Origin: a virus
Lineage: Duplodnaviria; Caudoviricetes
Virus record (IMG/VR): IMGVR_UViG_3300037258_000171
Span: 927 to 64,926 of that record
DNA length: 64,000 bases
Strand: one strand, 5' to 3'
Notes under the pieces: generated by a model
What the model was told of the DNA's origin: nothing
The model's input: the letters and a program-made list of their open reading frames with translations, nothing else
Databases searched by the model: none
Made by a program: the position numbers and the translations under genes
Shown: one piece after another, positions 43,794 through 53,793 of the stretch
How positions within the stretch are numbered: the stretch's first letter is position 1
Layout: each line of letters begins with the position of its first letter

Positions 43794-45770
43794 TCAGGCC
43801 TCCCTGACGTTCAGCGGGTGATCGTCCTTGAAGCTCAGCGACAGGCCGCAGGTGCTGCAAGAGCCGCCGTAGTCAACGGTGACGACCCCATCGGTCGCGC
43901 CGTAGATCTCGTAGTCCTCGCGGAAGGTCCGGTAGTCCTCCGGATCTACTTCCTTGATCTGGCTCCGGGCCCGGTCGAATTCCTCAACCGGCACGGTGCC
44001 GTAGGTGGCCATGACATCCGCGAGGCGGGAGTCGTGGTCGCGCGTGGCGCGGGTGACGCAGCGGGGGCAGATAGCCCAGTTGCTAGCGCTCATCGGTCTA
44101 GCTCTCCTTGGTGTCGGGGTTGTGGTCGGCCGGAAGTTTCACGTGCTCGCCCGCGCGGATGCAGTCACGGTCGGGGCACTCATCCGCAGGCCCGAGGCGG
44201 TGAAAGTCGCCATAGGTGCCGTCGCGCAGGTCCGCTACCGTCCACTCCGGGCCGATCGTCCCGTGGCCGGTGATGCCGTCAACGGCGACGATCCGGCGCC
44301 CGGTGTCGATCCGGACGGCAGTCAGGCCGGGGATCTCGATGGTCAGCACGCCATCGGTGAGCTTGATCTTGCTCATCGGGTGGTCTCCTTGGTGTCGGGG
44401 TTGTGGTCGGCCGGCATGCGCACAGCCTCATCAGGCAGCGGCAGCGGCTGGCGCTTCGTCCAGCCAGCGCCGACGACGGGCTTGCAGTCGATGTCGGCCC
44501 ATGACCCGTCGCGGGCAGTGCGCAGGACGGTAATCACGGAGCCCATCCAGATGAAGCGGTCGCCCTTGGCGTAGGTCGTGGCGCTCATCGGTCTTACTCG
44601 CTCTCGGAAGGGTGGTCGGGCGGGAAGCAGGCCGGGCAGGTATCGGCGTCCAGGTCGGTCGCATGGGTGTGCGACTGAAGCGCGGCAATGGCGCGTTCCG
44701 CTTCCTCGCGGGTCATCGGCACGAATGGATCACCGGCCTCCAGTACGAGCACGAAACGACCGTTCCGGAAACAGGTCTTGACGACAGCCACGTACCAGAA
44801 GTCGTCCTTGACCTGGATGACGGCCTTCTTGGACTCGTGGAGGTTCGCTCCCAGGACTCCACCGAGATCCATCGCGTCAATTAGCGCCTCGCGGAGTTCT
44901 CCGACACTCAGCCAACTCGCGGTCTCGCTCATCTGTCTTACTCGCTCTCTGAGGTTTGGTCGGGGCGCAGGATGGCGGCGATGGCCTCGATCTCCTCCAG
45001 CGGCAGCGAGTGCCCGTAGTCCAGCCGCAGCCCGTGCTCGTGAAGAACGCCTAGGGCGGCTGTTCTCCGCGCCTGCCTGGCGGCTTCGTCCAGCGTCAGG
45101 AATGACTGGTGCCCGTACTGGTCGTTAGCCGCGCCGCCGTCAATGCGGAAGGCCTTCGGCTCGCGGCTGCCGGGGTAGTCGATGTAGACCAGCGTCCGGC
45201 CGACCCTCGTGATCGTGCCGGCCCATCCGCCGTGCGGCTGGCCGCGACGCCGGGCGTTCACGTCGAACACGCGGACCTCCTGGCCCACGGTCAGCTTCTC
45301 GGTCATTGCTCAGCCTCCAGTCCGGGGTTGCGTGCAGCGGCAGTGACCGTCACCGCCGGCGCAGAAGGGAATCAGCACGGCTCCCCGGTCGAGAGCGGCA
45401 ACCTCGCGAGGCGTCGGGTGCTCCCACCACTGATGCAGGCATCCGGAGCAGCGCTGGCCCGGGGTTAGGAGTGCGGTGCTCATCGGCCAGCCGCCGCCTT
45501 CTCGTTCATGGCCCGGAGCACGCGGGTGATCGCGTCCATGCCCATCCCGTTTACGCCGCCCTGCGCGAAAGCAGTGGCGGCCTTGGGGTTGCGGGTGGCC
45601 CAGGAGATGATGCGGGCGCCCATCGCCAGCTTGTCGGCCAGGTCGAAGCACTCATCCAGCGTGACCTCGTTCTCGCTGAGGAAGTGCAGCGCCAGCGGGT
45701 CCTCGCCGTTCTCCAGCGCGTCGGCTGCCTTGTCCAGCAGGTCTGCCATGCGGCTCATGTCGTGCTCCAT
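43794..45770 (-). CDS. run of small hypothetical genes (43794-44093, 44098-44376, 44373-44588, 44594-44932, 44938-45306, 45310-45483, 45480-45770)
   Basis: Tiled ORFs with SDs, several separated by conserved junction repeats. Confidence 0.65.
44103..44414. repeat. 31-bp perfect direct repeat (44103-44133 and 44384-44414)
   Basis: tctccttggtgtcggggttgtggtcggccgg; encodes PADHNPDTKE and contains the SD. Confidence 0.95.
44583..44949. repeat. 23-bp direct repeat with 1 mismatch (44583-44605 and 44927-44949)
   Basis: gctcatc(g/t)gtcttactcgctctc spans the stop, SD and next start codon. Confidence 0.9.
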
Positions 45771-45880
45771 GTTTGCGAACCGATATCACGTACACAGGCC
45801 ACGCTACTGCCTGCTATGCTGGACGTCAACTCAGTTCGCCGCATTGCCTCACGGAAGCAGTTCACGCCATGATGGTTCTC

Positions 45881-46117
45881 ATGACGCCAGACGAACGCCT
45901 TGAGCAGATACGCAAGGCCCGCGCCGACATGGACCGCGCCCAGACCCGAACGGACGGCGCCCGCGAACGGCTGCACGCCGAGATAGCGGAGGCGCTGGCT
46001 GAGGCCACGCGGCTGCCGGACGACCAGAAGCGGAAGCTCGGGCCGTCTGCGATCGGCCGCGCGGCCAACTTCACGCGGGAGTACATCACCAAGATCAGGG
46101 ACGGCAAGACGAAGTAA
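45881..46117 (+). CDS. small HTH DNA-binding protein
   Basis: GPSAIGRAANFTREYITKIRD; helical N-terminus. Confidence 0.7.
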   Translation: MTPDERLEQIRKARADMDRAQTRTDGARERLHAEIAEALAEATRLPDDQKRKLGPSAIGRAANFTREYITKIRDGKTK

Positions 46118-46216
46118 GCGAAGGTGCCCCGGCGGTGTAGTGAGCACCACCGGGGCCAGCCACACCGGCCCAAGCACAGGAACACGGTGCCACCCAACCC
46201 CCCGGAAAGGTTCAGC

Positions 46217-46738
46217 ATGCCCCCGGCAAGCACCACCCTCAAGGTTCCTACGACGCTCTACCGGCTGTTCAGCGCTGATGATGCTCTGCTCTATGTCGGG
46301 GTGACCGGCAACGTCAAGACGCGGATGGCGTATCACTCGACCGACAAGCCGTGGTGGCCTGAGGTTGCGCGGATGGAGGTTGAGTCCCATCCAAGCCGCA
46401 CTGCGGCAGAGACAGCCGAGGACCACGCCATCGCTGGCGAGCGACCGCGCTACAACATCGCGGGCGTCGATCCTGCCGGCCGCTACAGGCGCCCGAACGC
46501 GCCCGTTGACTGGCCTGAGTGGGATGACGACATTCTCATGGACATGTTCGGCAAGATCAGCGCCCTCATGGCAGACCCGGCCGTGGGTCATGCCGATGCC
46601 AGGCTGCGGTCGCTCAACATCCTGCTCACGGGCCGCGACGAACTGCCTGGCGGCACGGAACTCGCCAGGCTGGCCAGCCAGTGTGGCGTCAGCCGCAGCG
46701 AGGCATACAACGCCCGCAGACGGGTGCCGGTGGCCTGA
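46217..46738 (+). CDS. GIY-YIG nuclease with a C-terminal HTH-like tail
   Basis: TLYRLFSADDALLYVGVT...RMAYH...KPWW...AEDHAIAGERPRYN. Confidence 0.85.
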   Translation: MPPASTTLKVPTTLYRLFSADDALLYVGVTGNVKTRMAYHSTDKPWWPEVARMEVESHPSRTAAETAEDHAIAGERPRYNIAGVDPAGRYRRPNAPVDWPEWDDDILMDMFGKISALMADPAVGHADARLRSLNILLTGRDELPGGTELARLASQCGVSRSEAYNARRRVPVA

Positions 46739-46871
46739 CGCACTTCTCACCGGGCACTCTCCCGCGCTCCCGTACACCGCCGGCACCAGCACCAGGTCCC
46801 GTGCTCCCGCCGGGCAGCCCGTGCCCACACCGCGACAACGGCCAGGGCGGCACCAGCAGCGGCGAGGCGCC

Positions 46872-48062
46872 TCACTGCCACCACTCCCCGTCGTCTGCCA
46901 GCCGCTTCTCCAGCGCCGCCCTCAGCTCCCTGAGCCGCAGGCACTTCGGCCCGGTCACCCATCCGGCGTGCGAGTCTCCTGCCACCTTCCACAGGTACGC
47001 GGTCCACGCCCCGTTCCTCGTGTCCCGGTCGTCCCACCACGTCAGCGCGTGGCCGACCTCCACGCCCTTTACCCGCACGCGGCGGTTGCCTGGCTCGACT
47101 GGCGAGAGCACGAGACCGGCCCTCATCGCGGCACCGGTACAGGCCGCAGAACCGGCCGGGGCCGGGCCACCTCGCGGGCTTTACGGACGATGGCGTCTCG
47201 CAAAGCGCGGGACTTCGCCCCGATGAGCGCGGCCACGTTCCGCCGCTTCTTCCGCCTCCACCACCAGATGGCCAGTGCGACTAACGCGCTGAGGGAGCAG
47301 CCGGCAAGCCACCACCAGTCCTGGTCGAACAGGCAGCTGATGCCGCCTCCAGCGCAGCCAGAGATCCAGCTGGTGATGACGTTGATCCGGAAGCCGAAGA
47401 GCCGGCCGATGCTTCGCCACATGCTCGCCGCCACCGGGGCCAGCAGAAGGCCCAGCAGGAAGTTCAGCAGCATGCCGCTCACCTCGGTCTCCGGTACCCC
47501 GCAGGACGGCGAGCCTTCAGCTCCCGCACCGGCCGGAAGTGCTGCTCGATCAGCCGTGCCGCGTACGCATCCGCCAGCGCCCCGGCCTCTGCCAGCTGCG
47601 ACGGTGAAGCTCCGGGGAACACCCGCTCCAGGCCTGCTGCCAGAGGGTGGCGCTCAGGGAGGGCGAACAGCGGCTCGGTCAGGTGGGCGGTCACGGCTTG
47701 ACCTCCGGAAGGCAGACCTGGCGCAGGCGCTCCATGTCGTGATGCGCGCACTTGGCATCAATCTCAGGATCGGGATAGTCCTCCTTGCAGGTGCACAGCC
47801 CGAACGTGTAGCAGTCGTCAGCGGTGTCCTGCGGCAGCAGGACGACATGGCCGGCCTCGCATTCCACCCGCCATGTCCATGTCATGGCTGACGTGACGTT
47901 CGCGAGCTTGTCCAGCGTGTCGGACAGGTACAGGGCCGAGCCTGACGACCAGACGATGTGCAAGGGCTCGCCGCAGCCTGCGAGCACGCACAGGGCCTCC
48001 GCGTAGCTGGATGCTCCTGCCGAAATCTGCCCGCTTGCCGCTGAGGCGCGAGGGCCGGTCAC
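46872..48062 (-). CDS. four small coupled genes (46872-47126, 47123-47482 membrane protein, 47479-47694, 47691-48062 Cys-rich)
   Basis: ATGA/GTGA couplings; 47123-47482 has 3 hydrophobic segments. Confidence 0.55.
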
Positions 48063-48598
48063 GGCGTCTCCCCGGCCAGCAGGTCAGCGAACGGGTAGTC
48101 GGCGATCGAGGACCCGCCGACACTGGCATAACGGGCGCCATAGCCGATGGCCAGCTGGCGGATGCGCTCCCGCTCGGCGGTGGCTGCCTGTGCGACCTGC
48201 TGGCGCAGCTCGTCGCGCTCGGCCGTGGTCGCTTTGCAGGCGCCGTCCATCAGGTCGTATCCGAGTTGCAGGCCGGCTAGCAGGCTGCGCAGGTCGTCGC
48301 GTTCGTGGACCAGCTCGGCGACCTGGCGGCGGAGGGCGGCAGTGTAGCAGCCGGCGCCCATCTGCTCGGCCAGCTGAGCGCATGCCTCCCGCTCATCCGC
48401 TGCCGCCTTGAGCAGCAGCTGCCCGATGAACAACTCGGCCGTCGTCAGGCCGAGGCACGGCTGCCCGCGCTCGGACGGCGTCCTGGACGCTGCGTAGTAC
48501 CGGCGCACGGCTGCGAAGATCGCGGTCACCTTGCGCTGCGCGGTCGGCTCAGCGGCCAGCCAGTCCGGCTCGGCCATCATCTCGTTCTCCGCGCTCAT
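48059..48598 (-). CDS. hypothetical coiled-coil protein
   Basis: Coupled; C-terminus shared with 48595..48993. Confidence 0.65.
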   Translation of the reverse strand: MSAENEMMAEPDWLAAEPTAQRKVTAIFAAVRRYYAASRTPSERGQPCLGLTTAELFIGQLLLKAAADEREACAQLAEQMGAGCYTAALRRQVAELVHERDDLRSLLAGLQLGYDLMDGACKATTAERDELRQQVAQAATAERERIRQLAIGYGARYASVGGSSIADYPFADLLAGETP

Positions 48599-48993
48599 GG
48601 CGTCTCCCCGGTCAGCAGGTCAGCGAACGGGTAGGCGAACTCGTGGCCCCAGCACGCCTCGTGGTCAATGGCCAGCTGGCGTATGCGCTCCCGCTCGGCA
48701 GCGACGGCCTCAGCTACCACGGCCTCGATTTCCGGCGGCGGTGTGCCGTGCCCGCTGGTAGCCCACCTGTGCGGCAGGCCAAGGTGCTTGCGGATCTCCA
48801 GGGCCAGGTCGTGGGCGCGGCGTGCCTGCGGGGCGATGGTGTGGGTCCAGGGCGACAGGTCGGGTGCGTCGGTGAAGGGCTTGGTGAGGTACGGGCTGGC
48901 GGCGATCAGCCGGAGTGCCGTGCTGTGCAGGGCGTCCTCGGCTCGTTCGAGCAACTCGCGCTCGGGTGTCATCCCGGTCTCGGTGTCGCTCAC
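48595..48993 (-). CDS. hypothetical protein
   Basis: Coupled; AERERIRQLAI...YPFADLLTGETP. Confidence 0.65.
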   Translation of the reverse strand: MSDTETGMTPERELLERAEDALHSTALRLIAASPYLTKPFTDAPDLSPWTHTIAPQARRAHDLALEIRKHLGLPHRWATSGHGTPPPEIEAVVAEAVAAERERIRQLAIDHEACWGHEFAYPFADLLTGETP

Positions 48994-49445
48994 GCTGCCT
49001 CCTGCTGCTCACGCTGCCGCCTGCGCAGCTCAGCCATGTACTTGTAGGCCGTCCCCGCCTTCACTCCGGTCATCCGGGCAGCGACAGGGAACGGGTACCT
49101 GCGGCCCAGCAGCGAGGCCAGGCGGGCTATCCGTTCCTCCCGGCCGGCGGTGGCCCGGTCCCTCGCTGCCGCTCCCCGCCTGCTGCGCGGCACGGGCGCC
49201 GGGATCACGTCCGGGAACCCCGCATCGCGTGCCCGGTCGTAGCAGGCGCGGCACAGGTCGCGGGCGCCCTCCAGGAAGCCGCTCGGGCGACGTTTCCGGG
49301 GCTTGCGGCAGCGCGGGTTGCGGCACAGCGGGGCGCAGGTCTCCGCGGCGCTCAGAACGCCGTCAGCCGTTCCGCCGTCCACGGACACCGGGAGTAGGCC
49401 GGTCGTCGCTCCTGGTGAAGCTGGAGGCTGCGCGAGGGCGCTCAC
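48990..49445 (-). CDS. zinc-binding plus HTH putative regulator
   Basis: CRNPRC...ARDLCRACY; VAARMTGVKAGTAYKY. Confidence 0.6.
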   Translation of the reverse strand: MSALAQPPASPGATTGLLPVSVDGGTADGVLSAAETCAPLCRNPRCRKPRKRRPSGFLEGARDLCRACYDRARDAGFPDVIPAPVPRSRRGAAARDRATAGREERIARLASLLGRRYPFPVAARMTGVKAGTAYKYMAELRRRQREQQEAA

Positions 49446-52438
49446 GGCTTCGCCTCCGGTGCCGCCATACGGTCGATCTCGGCGGCGATGAGCGCGCCGG
49501 CCTTGACCAGCTGACGGCGGATGGTTGATCGCTTGCAGCGCCACTGCGGAGGCCAGCAGCCGGGGTCCAGGCCGATGGTGTCGGCGGCGTACCAGATGGC
49601 AGCGCGCGTCAGTGCGCGGTCCTCGTGCCCGGCGTCGTGCCCGGCGGTGTAGCCCTCTTCCGCGATCTGGCGCCGACGTTCGGCGGCGATCAGCGCGGCA
49701 CCGTCGTTGCGGGGGTCGCGCAGGCCCGCTATCTCGGCGTCCCGCTCGGCCATCAGCGCCTCAGCCTTCTCTGCCCGCTCATCAGCCGACCGGCATGAAT
49801 CCAGCAGCCGGGCACATGCGCCGCAGCTCGTGTTCCAGGTGATCCGGTTCTCGTAGTCGGCAATGGTGGCGCGCAGGGATTCAAGCTCAGCGTCCTTACG
49901 GGCGATCAGCTCCCGCAGTTCCCCGGAGGCATGCAGGTCAGCCGCAGATCCTGTGCGCTCCTGTACCTCGCACTCGGCGATCGTGAACGACTGCGGCAGG
50001 CACATCCGAACTCCGTCTGCCTGCTCGATGATGACGCCGGGGTCGGAGTGCATGGCGATGAGCTGGCCGGACCAGGATGAGCCGTGGACCGGGTTAGTCA
50101 CCGTGACCCATGCGCGCCGGGAGAGCAGGGCGTCCAGGTCGGCATCACTCACCGGCCACCTCCGCGGTCCGGTCCAGCCATTCCGTCGCGGACTCCGTGC
50201 CGTTCCACTGGTCAGCCGGGTCGTTGTCGTCCACGTCCGGGATGGCGTTCAGGATCCACTCCATGGCCTTCCCGGCGCCGTTCTGCCGCATCTCGATCTG
50301 CGCCGCCCGCATGGTCCGGGACATGTGCGTCACCGTCCGGCCGAGTTCCCTGCCGCCGGAGCGCAGCCGCTCCAGTTCGGTTCGCTCCGGCGCCTCGTCG
50401 GACCCCGCAGCCTCGTAGGACGCCACGCGCACCTCATCGGCCAGCGGGTAGATGCCGGCCCCGTCAGCCTCCAGCGCCGCCCAGTCGCCCGGGGGAAGCC
50501 ACATCCACGCCGCGGACTTCTGCACCCACACGTTCAGGGCGCCCTGCTGAGTGTCGGCCGGGACAGGCTTGCCGCTGTGCTCGGCGATGAGCAGCCGGGC
50601 CCTCTCGCTGCCGTCCCAGCGGATCATCTCCACCAGGGCCGGCCTCTTGCGGAAGCGCCGGATCGCGCCGGGGGTCTTGTCAGGCACGGGGAGCCTCCGT
50701 AACGGCCGCTCGCAGTTCGGCGGCCAGCCGGTCCATCAGGTTCGCTTCCTTGTGGCCGCGGGCCAGCATCGCCAGAGCGTTACTGTCGCCGGCGAACTCG
50801 ACGCGCATCTGCCGGGACTCGGTTTCCCACTTCTCAGCGAGGGCCAGCAGCCCGGCCGTGGCGTCACTCACCGCCGGCCTCCGCATCTGGCGTCACGTCC
50901 GCGTTAAGCGCCGCGCCGTCGCCGTTGGTCAGGATGTCGTCCGCCTTGCACGCCAGGCGGGCTGCGACCTCATGGCCGAACTCCCGCTCAGCGACAGCCA
51001 GGACCGCAGCGAGCGCGTAGGAATAGTTCGCGGCCATGAGCGCGCCGGCCCACGCATCGCCCTGCGGCGTGCCGGGCTTCCATTCGCGGTAGGAGTGCGA
51101 GACATCGTGCTGCCGGCCGGACTCATGGACCAGGTCGCGGCGGAAGTCGGTCACCGAGCCGCTGTAGATCGTGTCGGTCATCTAGGGTTCCCTTCGGGGG
51201 TTGTTCCCGCCGCCCGCCCGGCCCCTGTAGGCGGGCGGGCGGCGGATGCTTACTGGTTGAGTTCAAGATCAGGCAGCAGGTTCTCCACGGCCTTCGCCAG
51301 CGGGACCAGTTCCGCCCACGCCTCATCCAGGGCGGACCATGCGTCCTTCAGTTCCTCGTCGCCCTCGGGCATCCACCCGGCCGTGATGCCGTAGTCCAGG
51401 GCATCCACCACCTCGCCGCCCTGAGCGTCGATGCGAGCCGCCAGCGCCGCGCGGCTGGAGAAGATGCAGGGGAAGCGCCCCTCGGTCATGCCGCTCTCCC
51501 TTTCCGCGCCTCAGCGCAGTACTTCGTGTGGGAGTCCCACCAGTCCAGGAAGGCCCACTGGTCGGGCAGGGAAGGGTGGCCAGTGCCGCAGGCCTGGCAG
51601 CGGTGCGACCAGTACGGGTCCATCAGGCGGCCCACCCCTGCTCGCGCTCGGCCTTGTCGCGGTAGGCCCTGGCCTCATCGCAGGCGATGCCCCAGCTGCT
51701 GCCCGGCGTCGTGATGTGCGTCTTGGCCGTCCACCAGTGCGGGCTCTCGTTGCCGTCGCTCCACGGCGGCGCCTTGTGGATCTCGTAGCGCTCGCCCGGC
51801 CCGATTACCTGGCGGCAGCGGGAGCAGCGGTGCTCCTTGCGCGCGGTGCGGATGATGAGCGGGACCGCGGGCTTGTAGTCGCTCATCGCGGCAGCCCCAT
51901 CACGTGGCGCTCCCACGGGCCGACGAAGGTATCCAGCGACTGGTCCGGGCGGATCAGCCCGAACGGCGTGCCGCACTGGCAGCGGCCCGGCAGTTCCTCG
52001 TCGCCGAACTCGACCACCAGGGCGTGGCCGCCCTCCCATGTGGCGGGGAAGTCTTCCTCCACCGTTGCTGTCGCTCGCTGAGTACGGGTCATGACTGCAC
52101 TTCCGTTCCCGCTGGCTCCGGGTACAGCGGAGCCGACTCGATTGCTGTCTTGCATGGGGGGCAGAGGATTCCGCCCGGCCCTGGCTTCGCGGTGCCGCAC
52201 TTGGCGCAGAGCCGCTGAGGCTTCGGGGTCTCGTTGTCGCTCACGCAGCACCGTCCATCTCGTCATCCAGGGCACTCGCCAGGAACGTGGTCGTCCACCG
52301 GTAGCCGCACTCGCGGCAGCGGTAGTAGGCCCGGATCGCCTCCGGGAACTGGGGCTCGGTCAGGTACGGGGTCGCGGTGACGGACCGCTCGGCGATCACG
52401 CACTCGCCGCAGTTGTCGGGGCGGGCGGTCGCCTTCAC
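49442..52438 (-). CDS. run of small coupled hypothetical genes (49442-50152, 50145-50687, 50680-50871, 50864-51181, 51250-51489, 51486-51623, 51623-51886, 51883-52092, 52089-52244, 52241-52438)
   Basis: Tiled overlapping starts and stops. 49442-50152 has IAAERRRQI...HD...LVKAGALIAAEIDR, a common phage family. Several contain CxxC pairs. Confidence 0.6.
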
Positions 52439-53793
52439 TGCGCCCACTTCCCGGACGCACTCCAGGCCGCCGGCGCCATGTCCACGATTCGCGAGTGCTG
52501 GCCCTGGAATGCCTCAGTGATGGTCGTGAGCGGGCCGTTGCGGTTCTTGGCGACGATCAGGTCAATCTCGCCCGCGCGAGGGGATTCCCGCTCGTGCATG
52601 TCCTCGCGGTAGAGCAGGATCACGCGGACGGCATCCTGGGCCAGGCGCCCGGTGTCGCGGAGATCTTCCAGCGTGGGCTTGTGAGCGGGGCGCCGCTTGA
52701 GCTGGTGCAGGCCGACCAGCGGGATATCGAACTCGCGGGCCATGCCCTGGAAGCCGGCGGAGATGGCCGCGATAGCTAGCTGGTAGCTCTCGGCCTTCGG
52801 GACGCTGAGCAGGCCCATGTGATCGATGACGGCCAGGGCGGCCGGATCGCCGGCGCGTTCCATCTGGCGGAGCCGGGTCCGGATGTGCGACTGCGGCACC
52901 ATGGGCGTGTCATCGATGCGCAGCGGGGCTGCGGCGATCGGCTCGGCCTGGGCCACCGCGCGGGCCAGCTCCTCGTCGGACAGGGTGCCGTCCAGCAGCC
53001 GGGACAGGTTCACCCGTGCCTCGGCGCTGATCAGCCGGGCCATGCACAGATCGGCCGACATCTCGCCGGTCCAGTAGTAGACCGGCCTCCCGAGCCGCAG
53101 CGCGACATGCGCGGCCAGGTTCAGCCCGAGCACCGACTTGCCGACTGACGTGTCCGCCGCGACGATGTCGAACTCGCCATTGTCGAGCGAGAACACGCAG
53201 TCCAGGTCCGTCAGGCCGGTCGTCATCCCGCGCCGCTCGCCGCGCTCGGCGGCGTTGATCACGTCCCAGAAGATTTCCTCTGCGGACCGGGTCTTCTCCG
53301 GGGCGACCCCGGAGACCGCATCCGTCATCTCGGCTGTCGCGCGGTCCGCGATCTCACCCGCCGTCCCGTCACCCTGGTACCCGAGCTGGATAGCCCGCGT
53401 GGCTGCCTCGATGACCCGGCGTCGCACGGCGTGCTCGCGGACTATGCGGGCGTAGTAGCCGGCGTTGGCAGCGGTCGGCACGGCCTCGATCAGCGTGTGC
53501 AGGTACGGGTAGCCGCCCGTCCGGACGATGTCGCCCCGGCGCGTCAGCTCGGCCGCGATCGTCACGGCGTCAACCGGGGCGCCGGCGTCCCGCATCTCCG
53601 ACGCGGCAGCGAACACGAGCTGGTGGGCCGGGCGATAGAAATCCCGCTCCTGGAGAATGCCCAGCACGTCGTCTATCGCGTCGCGCGACAGGAGCATCCC
53701 CCCGAGTGCGCTCTGCTCGGCAGCGATGTCGTGTGGCGGCGTCAGGTCGTCGCCGTCCGCGCGGGACCGGTCCGCCAGATCCGTGACGGTCAC
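52435..53793 (-). CDS. dnaB: DnaB-like replicative helicase
   Basis: PPHDIAAEQSALGGML, DFYRPAHQ, Walker A variant ADTSVGKS, GEMS, LHQLKR, AKNRNGP. Confidence 0.92.
   Translation of the reverse strand: MTVTDLADRSRADGDDLTPPHDIAAEQSALGGMLLSRDAIDDVLGILQERDFYRPAHQLVFAAASEMRDAGAPVDAVTIAAELTRRGDIVRTGGYPYLHTLIEAVPTAANAGYYARIVREHAVRRRVIEAATRAIQLGYQGDGTAGEIADRATAEMTDAVSGVAPEKTRSAEEIFWDVINAAERGERRGMTTGLTDLDCVFSLDNGEFDIVAADTSVGKSVLGLNLAAHVALRLGRPVYYWTGEMSADLCMARLISAEARVNLSRLLDGTLSDEELARAVAQAEPIAAAPLRIDDTPMVPQSHIRTRLRQMERAGDPAALAVIDHMGLLSVPKAESYQLAIAAISAGFQGMAREFDIPLVGLHQLKRRPAHKPTLEDLRDTGRLAQDAVRVILLYREDMHERESPRAGEIDLIVAKNRNGPLTTITEAFQGQHSRIVDMAPAAWSASGKWAQ

Noticed and set aside
46365-47891. Long alternative-frame ORFs (for example 46365..47891+, 59570..60832+, 2791..4098-, 33608..34636+)
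   Set aside because: Arg/Pro/Gly-rich shadow frames expected in high-GC DNA; they overlap well-supported genes.
48063-48699. Diversity-generating retroelement TR/VR pair
   Set aside because: No reverse transcriptase. The differences are an unrelated insert of different length, not adenine-specific substitutions.
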